Shown one piece after another: positions 1 to 9,099 of a DNA stretch of 64,000 bases (its first letter is position 1; every line of letters starts with the position of its first letter). This DNA comes from an uncultured delta proteobacterium. Lineage in GTDB: Bacteria; Desulfobacterota; Desulfomonilia; Desulfomonilales; Desulfomonilaceae. Position numbers and translations under genes: made by a program. The notes beneath the pieces are model-generated. The model saw nothing but the letters and a program-made list of their open reading frames with translations. It had not been told where the DNA came from and did not search any database. The stretch lies in assembly GCA_963789265.1 (NCBI GenBank), contig CAWBKB010000006.1, forward strand, positions 256,001-320,000, in the 5' to 3' direction.

Positions 1-784
1 TATTTACGGGTCAATTGCAGATCCGGGTGAAGGTAATGACGCCATGCTCACTCAGATCGCATCCCATCTCCTGGGAATTACCCCTAAGAAGATCCGCCTT
101 GTCATCCGGGACACCGATAGCACTCCGGATTCAAGTTCGGCCTCGGGCAGCCGTGTGACGTATATGAGCGGAGGCGCCCTGGTTAACGCGATTGATGCCT
201 TGAAAAAGGCTTTGGAAGAAGCCGGCGGAAACAGGTACGAACAACTGGTTGCCGCGGGAAAGCCGACAAAGTATCTTGGAACGAGGGTGGCAGAAACCAC
301 ACTCTTGGACGCGGAGACCGGGCAGGGTGTGCCGTTCGAATCACGCGTTCACGGAGTTCAAATGGCCGAAGTCGAGGTCGATACGAAGACGGGTGAGGTT
401 CGTTTGCTCAAGATGACCGCGGTGGTCGATCCGGGAACGGTTATTAACCCGCGCATTGTCGAAGGGCAGATCGAGGGCGGACTCGACATGGGCGCAGGCA
501 TGGCTTTACGGGAGCACTACGTGCACGGTGAGACCAAAGATTGGATCACCTCCAAATTCCCCACAATGAAAACAGCCTTTAACATGGAGATCGTTTTGCT
601 GCAGACCCCACGAAAAAGGGGAACGCTAGGCGCAGTCGGCATCGGAGAATTTGTTCTCCTGCCCACCGCTGCTGCCATAATCACGGCTATTCAAAATGCC
701 ACCTCCGGAGAGCGCATTTGCCGGCTTCCGGTCACGCCGGCGCGAGTCCTGCGGTCCATGGACAAAGGAGCAGCACTGACCTAG
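1..784 (+). CDS. Mo-dependent aldehyde oxidoreductase / xanthine dehydrogenase family, C-terminal part (5' end outside window)
   Basis: Frame open from window start (IYGSIADPGEGNDAMLTQ). Motifs GSRVTY, VEGQIEGG and GAVGIGE resemble the Desulfovibrio MOP C-terminus. Confidence 0.9.
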   Translation, partial: IYGSIADPGEGNDAMLTQIASHLLGITPKKIRLVIRDTDSTPDSSSASGSRVTYMSGGALVNAIDALKKALEEAGGNRYEQLVAAGKPTKYLGTRVAETTLLDAETGQGVPFESRVHGVQMAEVEVDTKTGEVRLLKMTAVVDPGTVINPRIVEGQIEGGLDMGAGMALREHYVHGETKDWITSKFPTMKTAFNMEIVLLQTPRKRGTLGAVGIGEFVLLPTAAAIITAIQNATSGERICRLPVTPARVLRSMDKGAALT

Positions 785-807
785 CGCCGAAGGGATCCAA
801 CGACTCT

Positions 808-1137
808 ATGCAAACGCGCAGCCACACGACCAGAGTAATTGACGGTAAGGGGGTCGTTTTCGACGAAGAGGGATTTCTTTTGGACCCTGAAAGCTGGACG
901 GAAACAATCGCCGAGACACTCGCGCGGGAAACAGGGATATTTACACTCACCAAACAACAATGGGCGATAATTAACTTGCTCCGCGCATTTTATCTCGCCA
1001 ACGGAAGGGCCCCGCTAAATCGAGATGTCAAGAGACAAACGGGTTTGAGCTTGCTGGAACTTGAGCGCCTTTTCCCGGGAGGCATACGAAACGGCGCGCG
1101 GCGTCTAGCCGGTCTTCCCAATCCCAGGAGTTGCTGA
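808..1137 (+). CDS. TusE/DsrC family sulfur relay protein (single C-terminal Cys)
   Basis: DEEGFLLDPESW...LFPGG...RLAGLPNPRSC. Lacks the second Cys of the DsrC Cx10C motif. Confidence 0.88.
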   Translation: MQTRSHTTRVIDGKGVVFDEEGFLLDPESWTETIAETLARETGIFTLTKQQWAIINLLRAFYLANGRAPLNRDVKRQTGLSLLELERLFPGGIRNGARRLAGLPNPRSC

Positions 1138-1144
1138 ACACCGG

Positions 1145-2306
1145 ATGGCTTCCGACTCACCTGTCATATATCTGGACAATGCAGCCACAACTTTCCCTAA
1201 GCCTGCTCAGGTCGTTCAGGAAATGTTCGAGACCTATTCTCGGCTGGGCGTTTCACCGGGTCGCGGCAGCTATGACCTGGCCGTGCAGTGCGAGCACTAC
1301 GTGCGGGAGGTTCGGGGCCGGATCAGCGATTTTTTCGGGGGTGACGGCGCCGATCGAGTGGCTTTCTCGTGCAGCTCCACAGATGCCCTCAATACCATTA
1401 TACTCGGCATGGCCGAACCGGGATGCCACGTAGTAAGTTCGCAGCTGGAGCATAACTCGGTCCTAAGACCTCTCCATCACCTGCGCGAAAGAGGGATGAT
1501 CACCTTTGATCCGGTTCCCCTTGACGGGGACGGATTCATAGATCCCCAGGACGTGTCTAAGCTCATCAAGCCTGCTACCAGGTTTGTTATCCTAAACCAC
1601 GTATCCAACGTTTCTGGGAACGATCCAGCCGGTCCGGGAAATCGGCCGGATATGTGTCGATCGGGACATTCCGTTCATACTCGATGTGTCCCAAAGTGCC
1701 GGCGTTGTGCCTATTAACATGCGAGATATGCATGTCAGCGTTGTTGCATTCACAGGTCATAAGTCCCTGATGGGTCCCACAGGGATCGGCGGCCTCATGT
1801 TCCGAGAGGGGATCGACATCCGAGCCACCCGATTCGGCGGAACCGGCACCGATTCCTGGAGTCCTGCTCACCCTGAGGCATATCCGGATCGGCTGGAAGC
1901 CGGCACACTCAACGTCATCGGAATTATGGGGCTATCCGCAGGACTCCGATATATAGCAGATCGCGGTATGGCGAACATTCACAGCCACGAGATGTTGCTT
2001 GTCCAAACGCTCAGAGACGGCTTATCTGAGATGAAAGGGGTCAAGATGTATTGCGCGGAGAGGCTGGACAATCATATCGCGGTCATCGTCTGCAATGTCG
2101 AGAATATCGATCCCGAAGATTTCGCGGCTATTCTGGACGCGGACTTCAACATTGCCACACGGAGCGGCCTCCATTGTGCTCCACTGGTGCATGAGCGTCT
2201 TGGGACCAGCCCGCGAGGGGCCGTGCGCTTTAGTATTGGACCGTTGAATTCAGATGCAGATATATCAGCCGCTTTGTCGGCTGTTCGTGCTGTTGCCCGC
2301 GCTTAG
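1145..2306 (+). CDS. Cysteine desulfurase family PLP enzyme (aminotransferase class V), with +1 frameshift near 1611-1619
   Basis: YLDNAATTFPKP, EHNSV, FTGHKSLMGP and RSGLHCAP. Removing one base restores HVSNVxGTIQP...DVSQSAG. Confidence 0.88.
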
Positions 2307-2587
2307 AGTAGTTGTCCAAAATGATGTCCGTTTGAAACGAGGAGACGGGGAACCAGGTAATCCATTCGAAGGGCCTCTGGTTCGTCATTCCGGCCAGCTC
2401 CGGACTGGTGTCCGGGGCAGGAGCCGGAATCCGAGATCTGGACCCCGGATCGGAGTCCGGGGTGGCCCCGCGTTCCGCAGGGCAAATCGGACAAAAATTT
2501 TGACAATTTCTATAATCATCGGCTTGGCTCTTGCATTAGTCCAACCAGTTTCTGCCGACGGTTCGTCAGGCAAGAATGAGGGTAGCC

Positions 2588-4594
2588 ATGTCTTTCTCCA
2601 CCATACCTACCATCTGCAAGATATGTGATGAGCACTGCGGCCTTTTGGTAGCAGATGACGGCCAAAAGGCTACCATAAACGGAAATCGCAGTCACCCGGT
2701 CAGCAAGGGATTTATATGCGTTAAAGGGAAGCATTATGGGGAGGTTCATTATTCTCCTCAGCGATTAGACATGCCTTTACTTAAGAGCAAGTCCGGATGG
2801 AAGAAAATAACATTTGAAAATGCTCTGGATATCTTGGCTTCGAATATTGTGCGCTGCAAAGCAAACTTTGGAGCAGAGAGCGTGGTTCTCTTCAAAGGAG
2901 AAGCCCTGAAACACTTTGAAATCGCTCAGTACCTGCGGCATCTGGCAAACGGATTCGGGTCGCCCAATTACATCTCGATCGGGAGTCTTTGTCATCATGC
3001 ACAGGTTATGGGACATTCCCTAACTTATGGAGCCAAGCCGCTTCCCGCTTTTGGGAGGATCAACGCTGCGCTTGTCTGGGGCTCCAATCCCGCGGCTTCA
3101 TCTCCCAGAATGTTTTCGGAATTGGCCAAGGCCGTGCGTAAAGGGACAAAGCTGATTGTGATAGATCCCGCACGCTCTCTAACTGCCAAGCTGGCTCATC
3201 TTCATATCCCTATCCGCCCCGGTTCCGATGGCTTTCTGGCGTTGGCGATGCTCAAGCAGGCCATCGAGAGAAGAAATCTGAGCCCGAAGGACGGCATGGA
3301 AGTAGGCTGGGATGAAATGGTCGAATTGATCGGCGGCCTGTCCTACAGGGAGCTTCTCGAGAGATCCGATGTGAGCGAGGCAGAGTTTGGCAAAGCCTGC
3401 GATCTGATTTTCGAGAATTTGCCGTGCTGGACCAGACTGGGACTAGGGGTGGAACATCGACCGGGCGGCGTGCAAACCATCAGGGCGATTGCCTGTCTCC
3501 AATCCCTCCTGGATACCGATAACCGACCATGCCATGTTGCCGCTCCGCTAAAGCCTTTGCCTGGAGCCGATCAATACCCTCACATGCCACCACCAATAGG
3601 TGACGAGTGGACTCCTCTGTTTACAAGAGGTCGACGGGAGGGCCAAGGTATGCTACTGACTGGAGCAGTTCTCGACAATGATCCATATCCCATACGTGCC
3701 ATGCTCATTGTCGGAAGCGACCCCCTGCTTACTTTTCCGTCGGTGTCCCGCCATAAACAAGCTCTTGGAAAGCTCGACTTTCTCGCAGTTTGCGATCTGT
3801 TCATGACAGCTTCAGCCGAGTTGGCTGACCTGGTTATTCCTGGTGCGGATCTATTGGACAACATGGAACTCCATGATTACGGTCGAATTGGTCTGCCCTA
3901 TCTTGGGTTAACGCAGCCTGCTACTTCATCTCCCAAGGGATGGCCGATATGGAAGTTGGTGTTTGAGCTTTCAAGAAGGCTTGGATTGAACCGTCTGTTC
4001 CCCTGGGGAGACAATCGAGAGGCACTGAGCTATCGGCTGTCCGACACCAATATGAAATTCAATGACTTGGAGAATAGTCAAAGCTCCACCGTACCGTACG
4101 ATTTTCAAAAACCCTCTACGAAGCGCTGGAACACTGCGGATGGAAAAGTGCATTACCGATCGAACGAATTGAATGCGACTGGACAACCAGGGCTACCGAT
4201 TCCCGAGGCACTCCAATTACCTGCTCAAACGAGCAGAGACTTCCCGTTTTGGCTGAGTGCAGGCGACCGGGTCCTGGCCTATCAGCATGGACAGTTTCGA
4301 GGAATTCCGGCGTTCAGGAAGTTGGTTCCCGAGCCTCTTCTGGACATTCATCCAGAGGCTGCCTCAAGACTTGAGATACAATCGGGTGAATTCGTGGTTG
4401 TCTCGACCGAATACGGTAAAATAGAAATACGGGCTAACCTGTCTCCGGAGATGAGAGAAGACTGTCTGCGAATGCCTCATGGTTGGGAGCAAGCGAATGC
4501 CAACGAGCTTACCGGTCTGGAACATTTTGATTCGATATCAGGTTTCCCTTGGTTTAAGGCTCTTCCGGCCAATGTAGAAAAAAAGGTGCAATGA
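2588..4594 (+). CDS. Cytoplasmic molybdopterin/tungstopterin oxidoreductase (DMSO reductase family) with N-terminal 4Fe-4S cluster
   Basis: CKICDEHC...GFICVKG, WGSNP, PIRPGSD, DLFMTASAELAD and a C-terminal dinucleotide-binding domain (IHPEAA...GW). No Tat signal. Confidence 0.88.
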   Translation: MSFSTIPTICKICDEHCGLLVADDGQKATINGNRSHPVSKGFICVKGKHYGEVHYSPQRLDMPLLKSKSGWKKITFENALDILASNIVRCKANFGAESVVLFKGEALKHFEIAQYLRHLANGFGSPNYISIGSLCHHAQVMGHSLTYGAKPLPAFGRINAALVWGSNPAASSPRMFSELAKAVRKGTKLIVIDPARSLTAKLAHLHIPIRPGSDGFLALAMLKQAIERRNLSPKDGMEVGWDEMVELIGGLSYRELLERSDVSEAEFGKACDLIFENLPCWTRLGLGVEHRPGGVQTIRAIACLQSLLDTDNRPCHVAAPLKPLPGADQYPHMPPPIGDEWTPLFTRGRREGQGMLLTGAVLDNDPYPIRAMLIVGSDPLLTFPSVSRHKQALGKLDFLAVCDLFMTASAELADLVIPGADLLDNMELHDYGRIGLPYLGLTQPATSSPKGWPIWKLVFELSRRLGLNRLFPWGDNREALSYRLSDTNMKFNDLENSQSSTVPYDFQKPSTKRWNTADGKVHYRSNELNATGQPGLPIPEALQLPAQTSRDFPFWLSAGDRVLAYQHGQFRGIPAFRKLVPEPLLDIHPEAASRLEIQSGEFVVVSTEYGKIEIRANLSPEMREDCLRMPHGWEQANANELTGLEHFDSISGFPWFKALPANVEKKVQ

Positions 4595-4940
4595 CATAGC
4601 GTTGAGCTTCACGCTAAAGGCGAAACGTGTGGTTCCACGTTCCCGGTTTGTCTTCTAAAGGAGCGGGCTTTCAAGATAATTTTAGGGGAGAATGTCATTC
4701 GCCCCTACAGAAGAGACACCTGGCCCGCTTGGAGCGGTTCTCGAAAGTATCGGCGTAATACGCTAGTTAGTTGGCCCCCAATTTAGACTGGTGGGACAGT
4801 CCCGCTAGGCGCGCGTAGGCGTTAAGTTAACCCCGCAAAACGCGGGGTTCCCCCCTGTCGTAAAGGGGGGCCAGGGGGGATTTTGGGATAACTCATTGAA
4901 AATCCCCCTAAATCCCCCTTTAGAAAACGCGATATTATAC

Positions 4941-4969
4941 TTGACAACCCCAGCCAAAAGTGTTATATT
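4941..4969 (+). promoter_or_regulatory. Sigma70 promoter of the transposase (-35 inside the left TIR)
   Basis: TTGACA-N17-TATATT. Confidence 0.7.
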
Positions 4970-4992
4970 AGGTCCAGATAAGGGGGTCTGCC

Positions 4993-5955
4993 ATGCAAAA
5001 ATCAGTTATTTCCGACCCAAAATTCCACAATGAAGAAGCCGCGTACGCGTACATTGAATCCTGTCTCTGGCCAAAAGGTCCGGTTTGCCCTCATTGCGGT
5101 TCGACTCACCGCATCGGGAAACTGCATGGCAAGAGTTATCGTATCGGCCTTTACAAGTGCTATGTATGTCGAAAGCAGTTCACTGTCAAGATCGGAACTG
5201 TCTTTGAAGATAGTCATATCCCGCTGGATGTCTGGGTTTCCGCCATTTATCTGATTTCCGCTTCTAAGAAGGGAATAAGCGCGAACCAACTTCACAGGAC
5301 CTTGGGCATTACCCTCAAAAGTGCATGGTTCCTCGGTCATCGCATTCGAGAAGCTATGAGAAGCGGAGATTTAGCACCCTTCGGCGCAAACGGTGGTGCT
5401 GTAGAATCGGATGAAACTTTCCTCTGGAACGAACCAGGGAAAGAGGTAAAGAAGGGGTACGCGCACAAGCGCAAGATTCTATCTTTGATCGACCGGGAGT
5501 CCGGTTGTTCGCGCAGCATGGTAGTTGATGCCGTTGACGCAAAAACTATCGTTCCTATCCTCCAGGAGAACATCGACCGGGAAGCTCGAGTTATGACCGA
5601 CGATGCCGGCCAGTATTGCCACATTAATGAAAACTTTGCCGAGCACGGAATGGTCCAGCACAGCAATGGCGAGTATGTCTCAAAGAAAGATCATACCATT
5701 CACGTCAACTGCGCGGAAGGCTTCTTTTCGATCTTCAAGCGAGGAATGAAGGGCATCTATCAACATTGCAAAAAACACCATCTGCATCGCTATCTTGCTG
5801 AATTCGACTTCCGGTATAATAATCGTTGTGGCAGACCTGCAACCCCAAAGAGACCTGCTCGTGAGGGCCTTGACGATGTACAGAGAGCAGAAGTGCTGCT
5901 TAGGGGCGTAGTAGGAAGGCGTCTTACCTATCAAACGACTAGTGGGCAAGCCTGA
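4993..5955 (+). CDS. IS1595/ISXO2-like DDE transposase
   Basis: Zn ribbon CPHCG...YKCYVC, KKGISANQL, VESDETF, MTDD, N-x2-EGFFS and HLHRYLAEFDFRYN. Confidence 0.95.
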   Translation: MQKSVISDPKFHNEEAAYAYIESCLWPKGPVCPHCGSTHRIGKLHGKSYRIGLYKCYVCRKQFTVKIGTVFEDSHIPLDVWVSAIYLISASKKGISANQLHRTLGITLKSAWFLGHRIREAMRSGDLAPFGANGGAVESDETFLWNEPGKEVKKGYAHKRKILSLIDRESGCSRSMVVDAVDAKTIVPILQENIDREARVMTDDAGQYCHINENFAEHGMVQHSNGEYVSKKDHTIHVNCAEGFFSIFKRGMKGIYQHCKKHHLHRYLAEFDFRYNNRCGRPATPKRPAREGLDDVQRAEVLLRGVVGRRLTYQTTSGQA

Positions 5956-5988
5956 GAAGGGGAACGAAGAGAGGCAAGAGGACAAAAA

Positions 5989-6165
5989 ATGGGAAGAAAA
6001 AAGAAGCCGGAATCGGATGATCCGGAGCGATCCGCTCGGTTCATAGAAACTGCCCAGCGGATTCAAGCCGAAGATGCAGAAGAGAGATTTGAAGAGGCTA
6101 TGAAAAAAATCGCAGCAGCGACGGGGCCGCGGATTTCAAACCAAAAGGATACCTCTAGAGAATAG
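5989..6165 (+). CDS. Small hypothetical protein (58 aa) downstream of the transposase, not in the ORF track
   Basis: RBS GAGGA. MGRKKKPESDDPERSARFIETAQRIQAEDAEERFEEAMKKIAA... Confidence 0.6.
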   Translation: MGRKKKPESDDPERSARFIETAQRIQAEDAEERFEEAMKKIAAATGPRISNQKDTSRE

Positions 6166-6202
6166 TCCCAACCACCAGGTTTACTTCCGAAAAACGGTGA
6201 CC

Positions 6203-7078
6203 CTAAGAAATATCAACCAACTGAGGCAATTTCAGAATTGCATTAACGGTTAATTGAACTGTACCTTTCAGGTCTTTGACGCTATTTTCGTTATAGTCTT
6301 GGCCATGATGAATAAGATCATTTCTTTCCGGTCTGACGCCATTTAGTAGGTCACAGCAACTATTATATTGTTTCTTGAATTTATGGGAGGGATGCCCCTT
6401 TTCCCATTTTTTCATTTCATCTCGACATCTGCCGAGGAGGTTTCCCCAAGAGTCTTCGTCTGGATTGAAGGTTACATTTGGTAGTTTGCTAGCGAAACGC
6501 TGAACTAGGAGTTCCATGATTCGCATCAGATGAAAGGCGGCCGCGGTGTATTCTTCGAGGGCATAACACCGTCTTGCCTTTCTCTCTTCGGCTTTTATGT
6601 CTGGAAAATTCTTCAGCGTTCTTCTGCTCAGAAATGCTTCTTTCCCGTCACAAAACTTTTTATAATCCGGTCGGATTCGGTACCAAATTTCGGCCTTGAG
6701 TTCGGCACTCATTTTGCCAGGAAGTGCGGTGAGCATACGTTTTACTTCGGCGATATCCCACATGACATTTCTGGCCAAATAGACGTGAAGGTCTCTTGAG
6801 CGATCCTCTAGTACCCGCAATCCCATTTTGGCTGAAAGTTCATGTAGTCTCCTTGCCTGCTCTGTGATGTGAGGAATATTCGCAATGGACTTCTTTCCTG
6901 GAAACTCAATAGGAAAGATAGCCAAACATCCGTGTAACCATCCAAGGAGTCTCCAAATCTCGGTGAAATCGTTTGCCTTGATCCTCAACACGTCCCACAA
7001 ACTCACAACTCGGTGTGCTTGAATCAAATTATCTTCGCACATCGCCTTGTCTTTTTTCAACTCAAATGCGAAATTCAT
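6203..7078 (-). CDS. IS passenger protein with C-terminal HEPN-like domain (RNDLIH = Rx4H)
   Basis: RRCYALEEYTAAAFHLMRIME...ERNDLIHH. AT-rich relative to the flanks. Confidence 0.68.
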   Translation of the reverse strand: MNFAFELKKDKAMCEDNLIQAHRVVSLWDVLRIKANDFTEIWRLLGWLHGCLAIFPIEFPGKKSIANIPHITEQARRLHELSAKMGLRVLEDRSRDLHVYLARNVMWDIAEVKRMLTALPGKMSAELKAEIWYRIRPDYKKFCDGKEAFLSRRTLKNFPDIKAEERKARRCYALEEYTAAAFHLMRIMELLVQRFASKLPNVTFNPDEDSWGNLLGRCRDEMKKWEKGHPSHKFKKQYNSCCDLLNGVRPERNDLIHHGQDYNENSVKDLKGTVQLTVNAILKLPQLVDIS

Positions 7079-7520
7079 ATCTGTTCCCCTTTCTTGTAGG
7101 CGATCAACCTGGGGTTGTCAAGTATAATATCGCCTTAGAAAAGGGGGACTTTGATAGCCCTCGGCCTCCATTCACTTCTTGCAAAGGAACGAAATTGCCT
7201 TAAGGGACAGCCTGTCGCTGATGGACGGGCAGCCCCGCGTTCCGCGGGGCGCCGCTACCAAATCTTTCCTTTTCCGTGATTTCTTTTGAGAATCACCGTA
7301 GTTTAGCGCTGATGTGTGCCGAAGAGGGACGTGGGGCGGGTTTGGACTCCGCCCTTCCAAGTCCTTTCCCTCTTCGAGAAGGCGGGGGGACAATGGCCGG
7401 AATTACAGAGGCTGTTTTCACATTTTGATGCCTAATGATACAAAAGTGCGTATATTCCTGCGAGAATCGTCATGCCTTTCTCTACAGGCTATGACTCGGC
7501 AAGCGCTACTGGATTTTTTG

Positions 7521-8336
7521 TTACTTTTGTCCCGGGTTTACCGGAACTCCCTGCGGAGTTGGAGTCTGTTTTTCAATCTTCCTTTGTTCCATCATCTTCT
7601 GTTTCATGCCAGGCTGACTGTGTTCCATCGTTTTGTGTTCCAGGTCATGCCGGCGCTGTTGCATCTTCATCTCGGAGGTGCCCGGCTTTAATGAGCCCTT
7701 ATTCCCTTCCGTGCTTTTTTTGGGCTTGATGTTCATTTCTTCATGCTTGGGACCGCCTTGACCGCTCATTTCGGAAGGCTTGATTTTTCGTCCCTTTTCA
7801 AACTTGGTTCCATGCTTCAGCTTCTCTTGCGGGGATACCTTGCCTTGCGTGGCTGGATTTTTCGACTTTCGGCCGGTCTCAGTTTTTGTTTTTCCTTCCG
7901 ATGCCTTTGCAAAGAAGCTGTGGATTCTTGTTTCCCACTGGGACCCCCGCAGATCCGGCCAGCGGTTCGCTTCGAAATAGGGGGCATTGACCAGAAAATC
8001 CGGTCCGAAATCCACAAAAATCGCCTCAGGAGCGGTTCTCGCGATCACACGCCACGGGATGGGATACAGTCTCCCGTGTGCGCCCCGGAATCTCCCTGAA
8101 ATGACTACATATTGAGCGCAACCGGAATCATTCAAAACTATATTTTCAACGGTCCCCAGAATTACGCCCCTTTGATTGCGAACCGGTTTCCCAATCACCA
8201 CGCCGGCCACTCGCCCTGACCCGCGCAGGCTTGTCCTCCCATCGCGTCGAGCGAAAGACTGGTCCGGGGAAAAGGCCCACGAGACCATTAGGAACATCAT
8301 TGCTATCCCGATAATTATGCTTGATGCGGATCTCAT
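7521..8336 (-). CDS. Exported PRC-barrel domain protein with Lys-rich tail
   Basis: Signal peptide, then VIGKPVRNQRGVILGTVENIVL...LYPIPW. Confidence 0.8.
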   Translation of the reverse strand: MRSASSIIIGIAMMFLMVSWAFSPDQSFARRDGRTSLRGSGRVAGVVIGKPVRNQRGVILGTVENIVLNDSGCAQYVVISGRFRGAHGRLYPIPWRVIARTAPEAIFVDFGPDFLVNAPYFEANRWPDLRGSQWETRIHSFFAKASEGKTKTETGRKSKNPATQGKVSPQEKLKHGTKFEKGRKIKPSEMSGQGGPKHEEMNIKPKKSTEGNKGSLKPGTSEMKMQQRRHDLEHKTMEHSQPGMKQKMMEQRKIEKQTPTPQGVPVNPGQK

Positions 8337-8716
8337 TTCTTGTCTCCTTCTACCGATTTGTCAACACTAAATGCTTGCTCAGGCCGGGTAATTCACTATT
8401 GTCCTCAGTAATTGTCGCAATGAAGCTGTTATATTCAACTTATTTAGTTTACGATGGGTCGTGATAGCGCGGTTGTCAACCCTGCAACAAATAATGCATC
8501 CCTATTTGCGGGTTGCGGTTTCGTTTTGAAGACATGGCATTGCGTTCTACTGACCCTATATATTATCCGTACGTTAATTTCACAGATCGGACTGACAACC
8601 GATGTGCCAAAGGAACCCGAGGAACTGGAAAGTGTCATATTCGTCATAAATTTACTTGATTGTTTGCTGTAAAAAAGTATTGATCTATTAAATAAGCGTC
8701 CAATTAGGAGTGAAAG

Positions 8717-9049
8717 ATGTCCCACATTCTGATCAACTGGCTCGTTACGACCATCGCTATCCTTGTCGCGGCCTACATTATCCCGGGAATTCGGATTGAC
8801 AGTCTGGGAGCAGCCTTGGTGGGAGCAGCAATTCTCGGCATTCTTAATGCGGTACTAAGGCCCATTTTGGTGATCCTCACGTTTCCTATCACCCTGATTA
8901 CTCTAGGCCTTTTCTTGTTCGTGCTAAATGCCTTGATCTTTCTTCTCGCCGGTTCCTTGCTCGACGGCTTTAATGTCCGCTCTTTTTGGTCTGCTCTCTT
9001 GGGCTCTTTGGTGGTAAGCATCGTGTCGTTTCTTGCGTACTCTTTCTGA
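8717..9049 (+). CDS. YvlD/phage-holin superfamily IV membrane protein
   Basis: GILNAVLRPILVILTFPITLITLGLFLFVLNA. RBS AGGAG. Confidence 0.88.
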   Translation: MSHILINWLVTTIAILVAAYIIPGIRIDSLGAALVGAAILGILNAVLRPILVILTFPITLITLGLFLFVLNALIFLLAGSLLDGFNVRSFWSALLGSLVVSIVSFLAYSF

Positions 9050-9099
9050 AGGCAAAATTGCCGGCCCCGGCTCATGCAGGTTTGATGGGCAAAGTTGCA

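Larger units (their letters stand above)
4928..7134 (+). mobile_element. IS1595-family insertion sequence with passenger genes
   Basis: Perfect 25-bp inverted repeat GCGATATTATACTTGACAACCCCAG (4929-4953 / 7109-7133). 8-bp TSD TTAGAAAA (4920-4927 / 7135-7142). Contains a transposase. Confidence 0.93.
4814..7217. mobile_element. Degenerate CATAGGCG-type MITE interrupted by the IS1595 element
   Basis: 4814-4927 joined to 7143-7217 is the reverse complement of the intact MITE at 17278-17466. Confidence 0.75.

Noticed and set aside
1132..1140. TGC-TGA at the end of TusE as possible Cys-Sec readthrough
   Set aside because: The family ends at this position, the next gene starts 7 bp later, and no convincing SECIS follows.
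8717..9049. Holin-family gene as evidence of a prophage
   Set aside because: YvlD-type proteins are common chromosomal genes and there are no phage neighbours.
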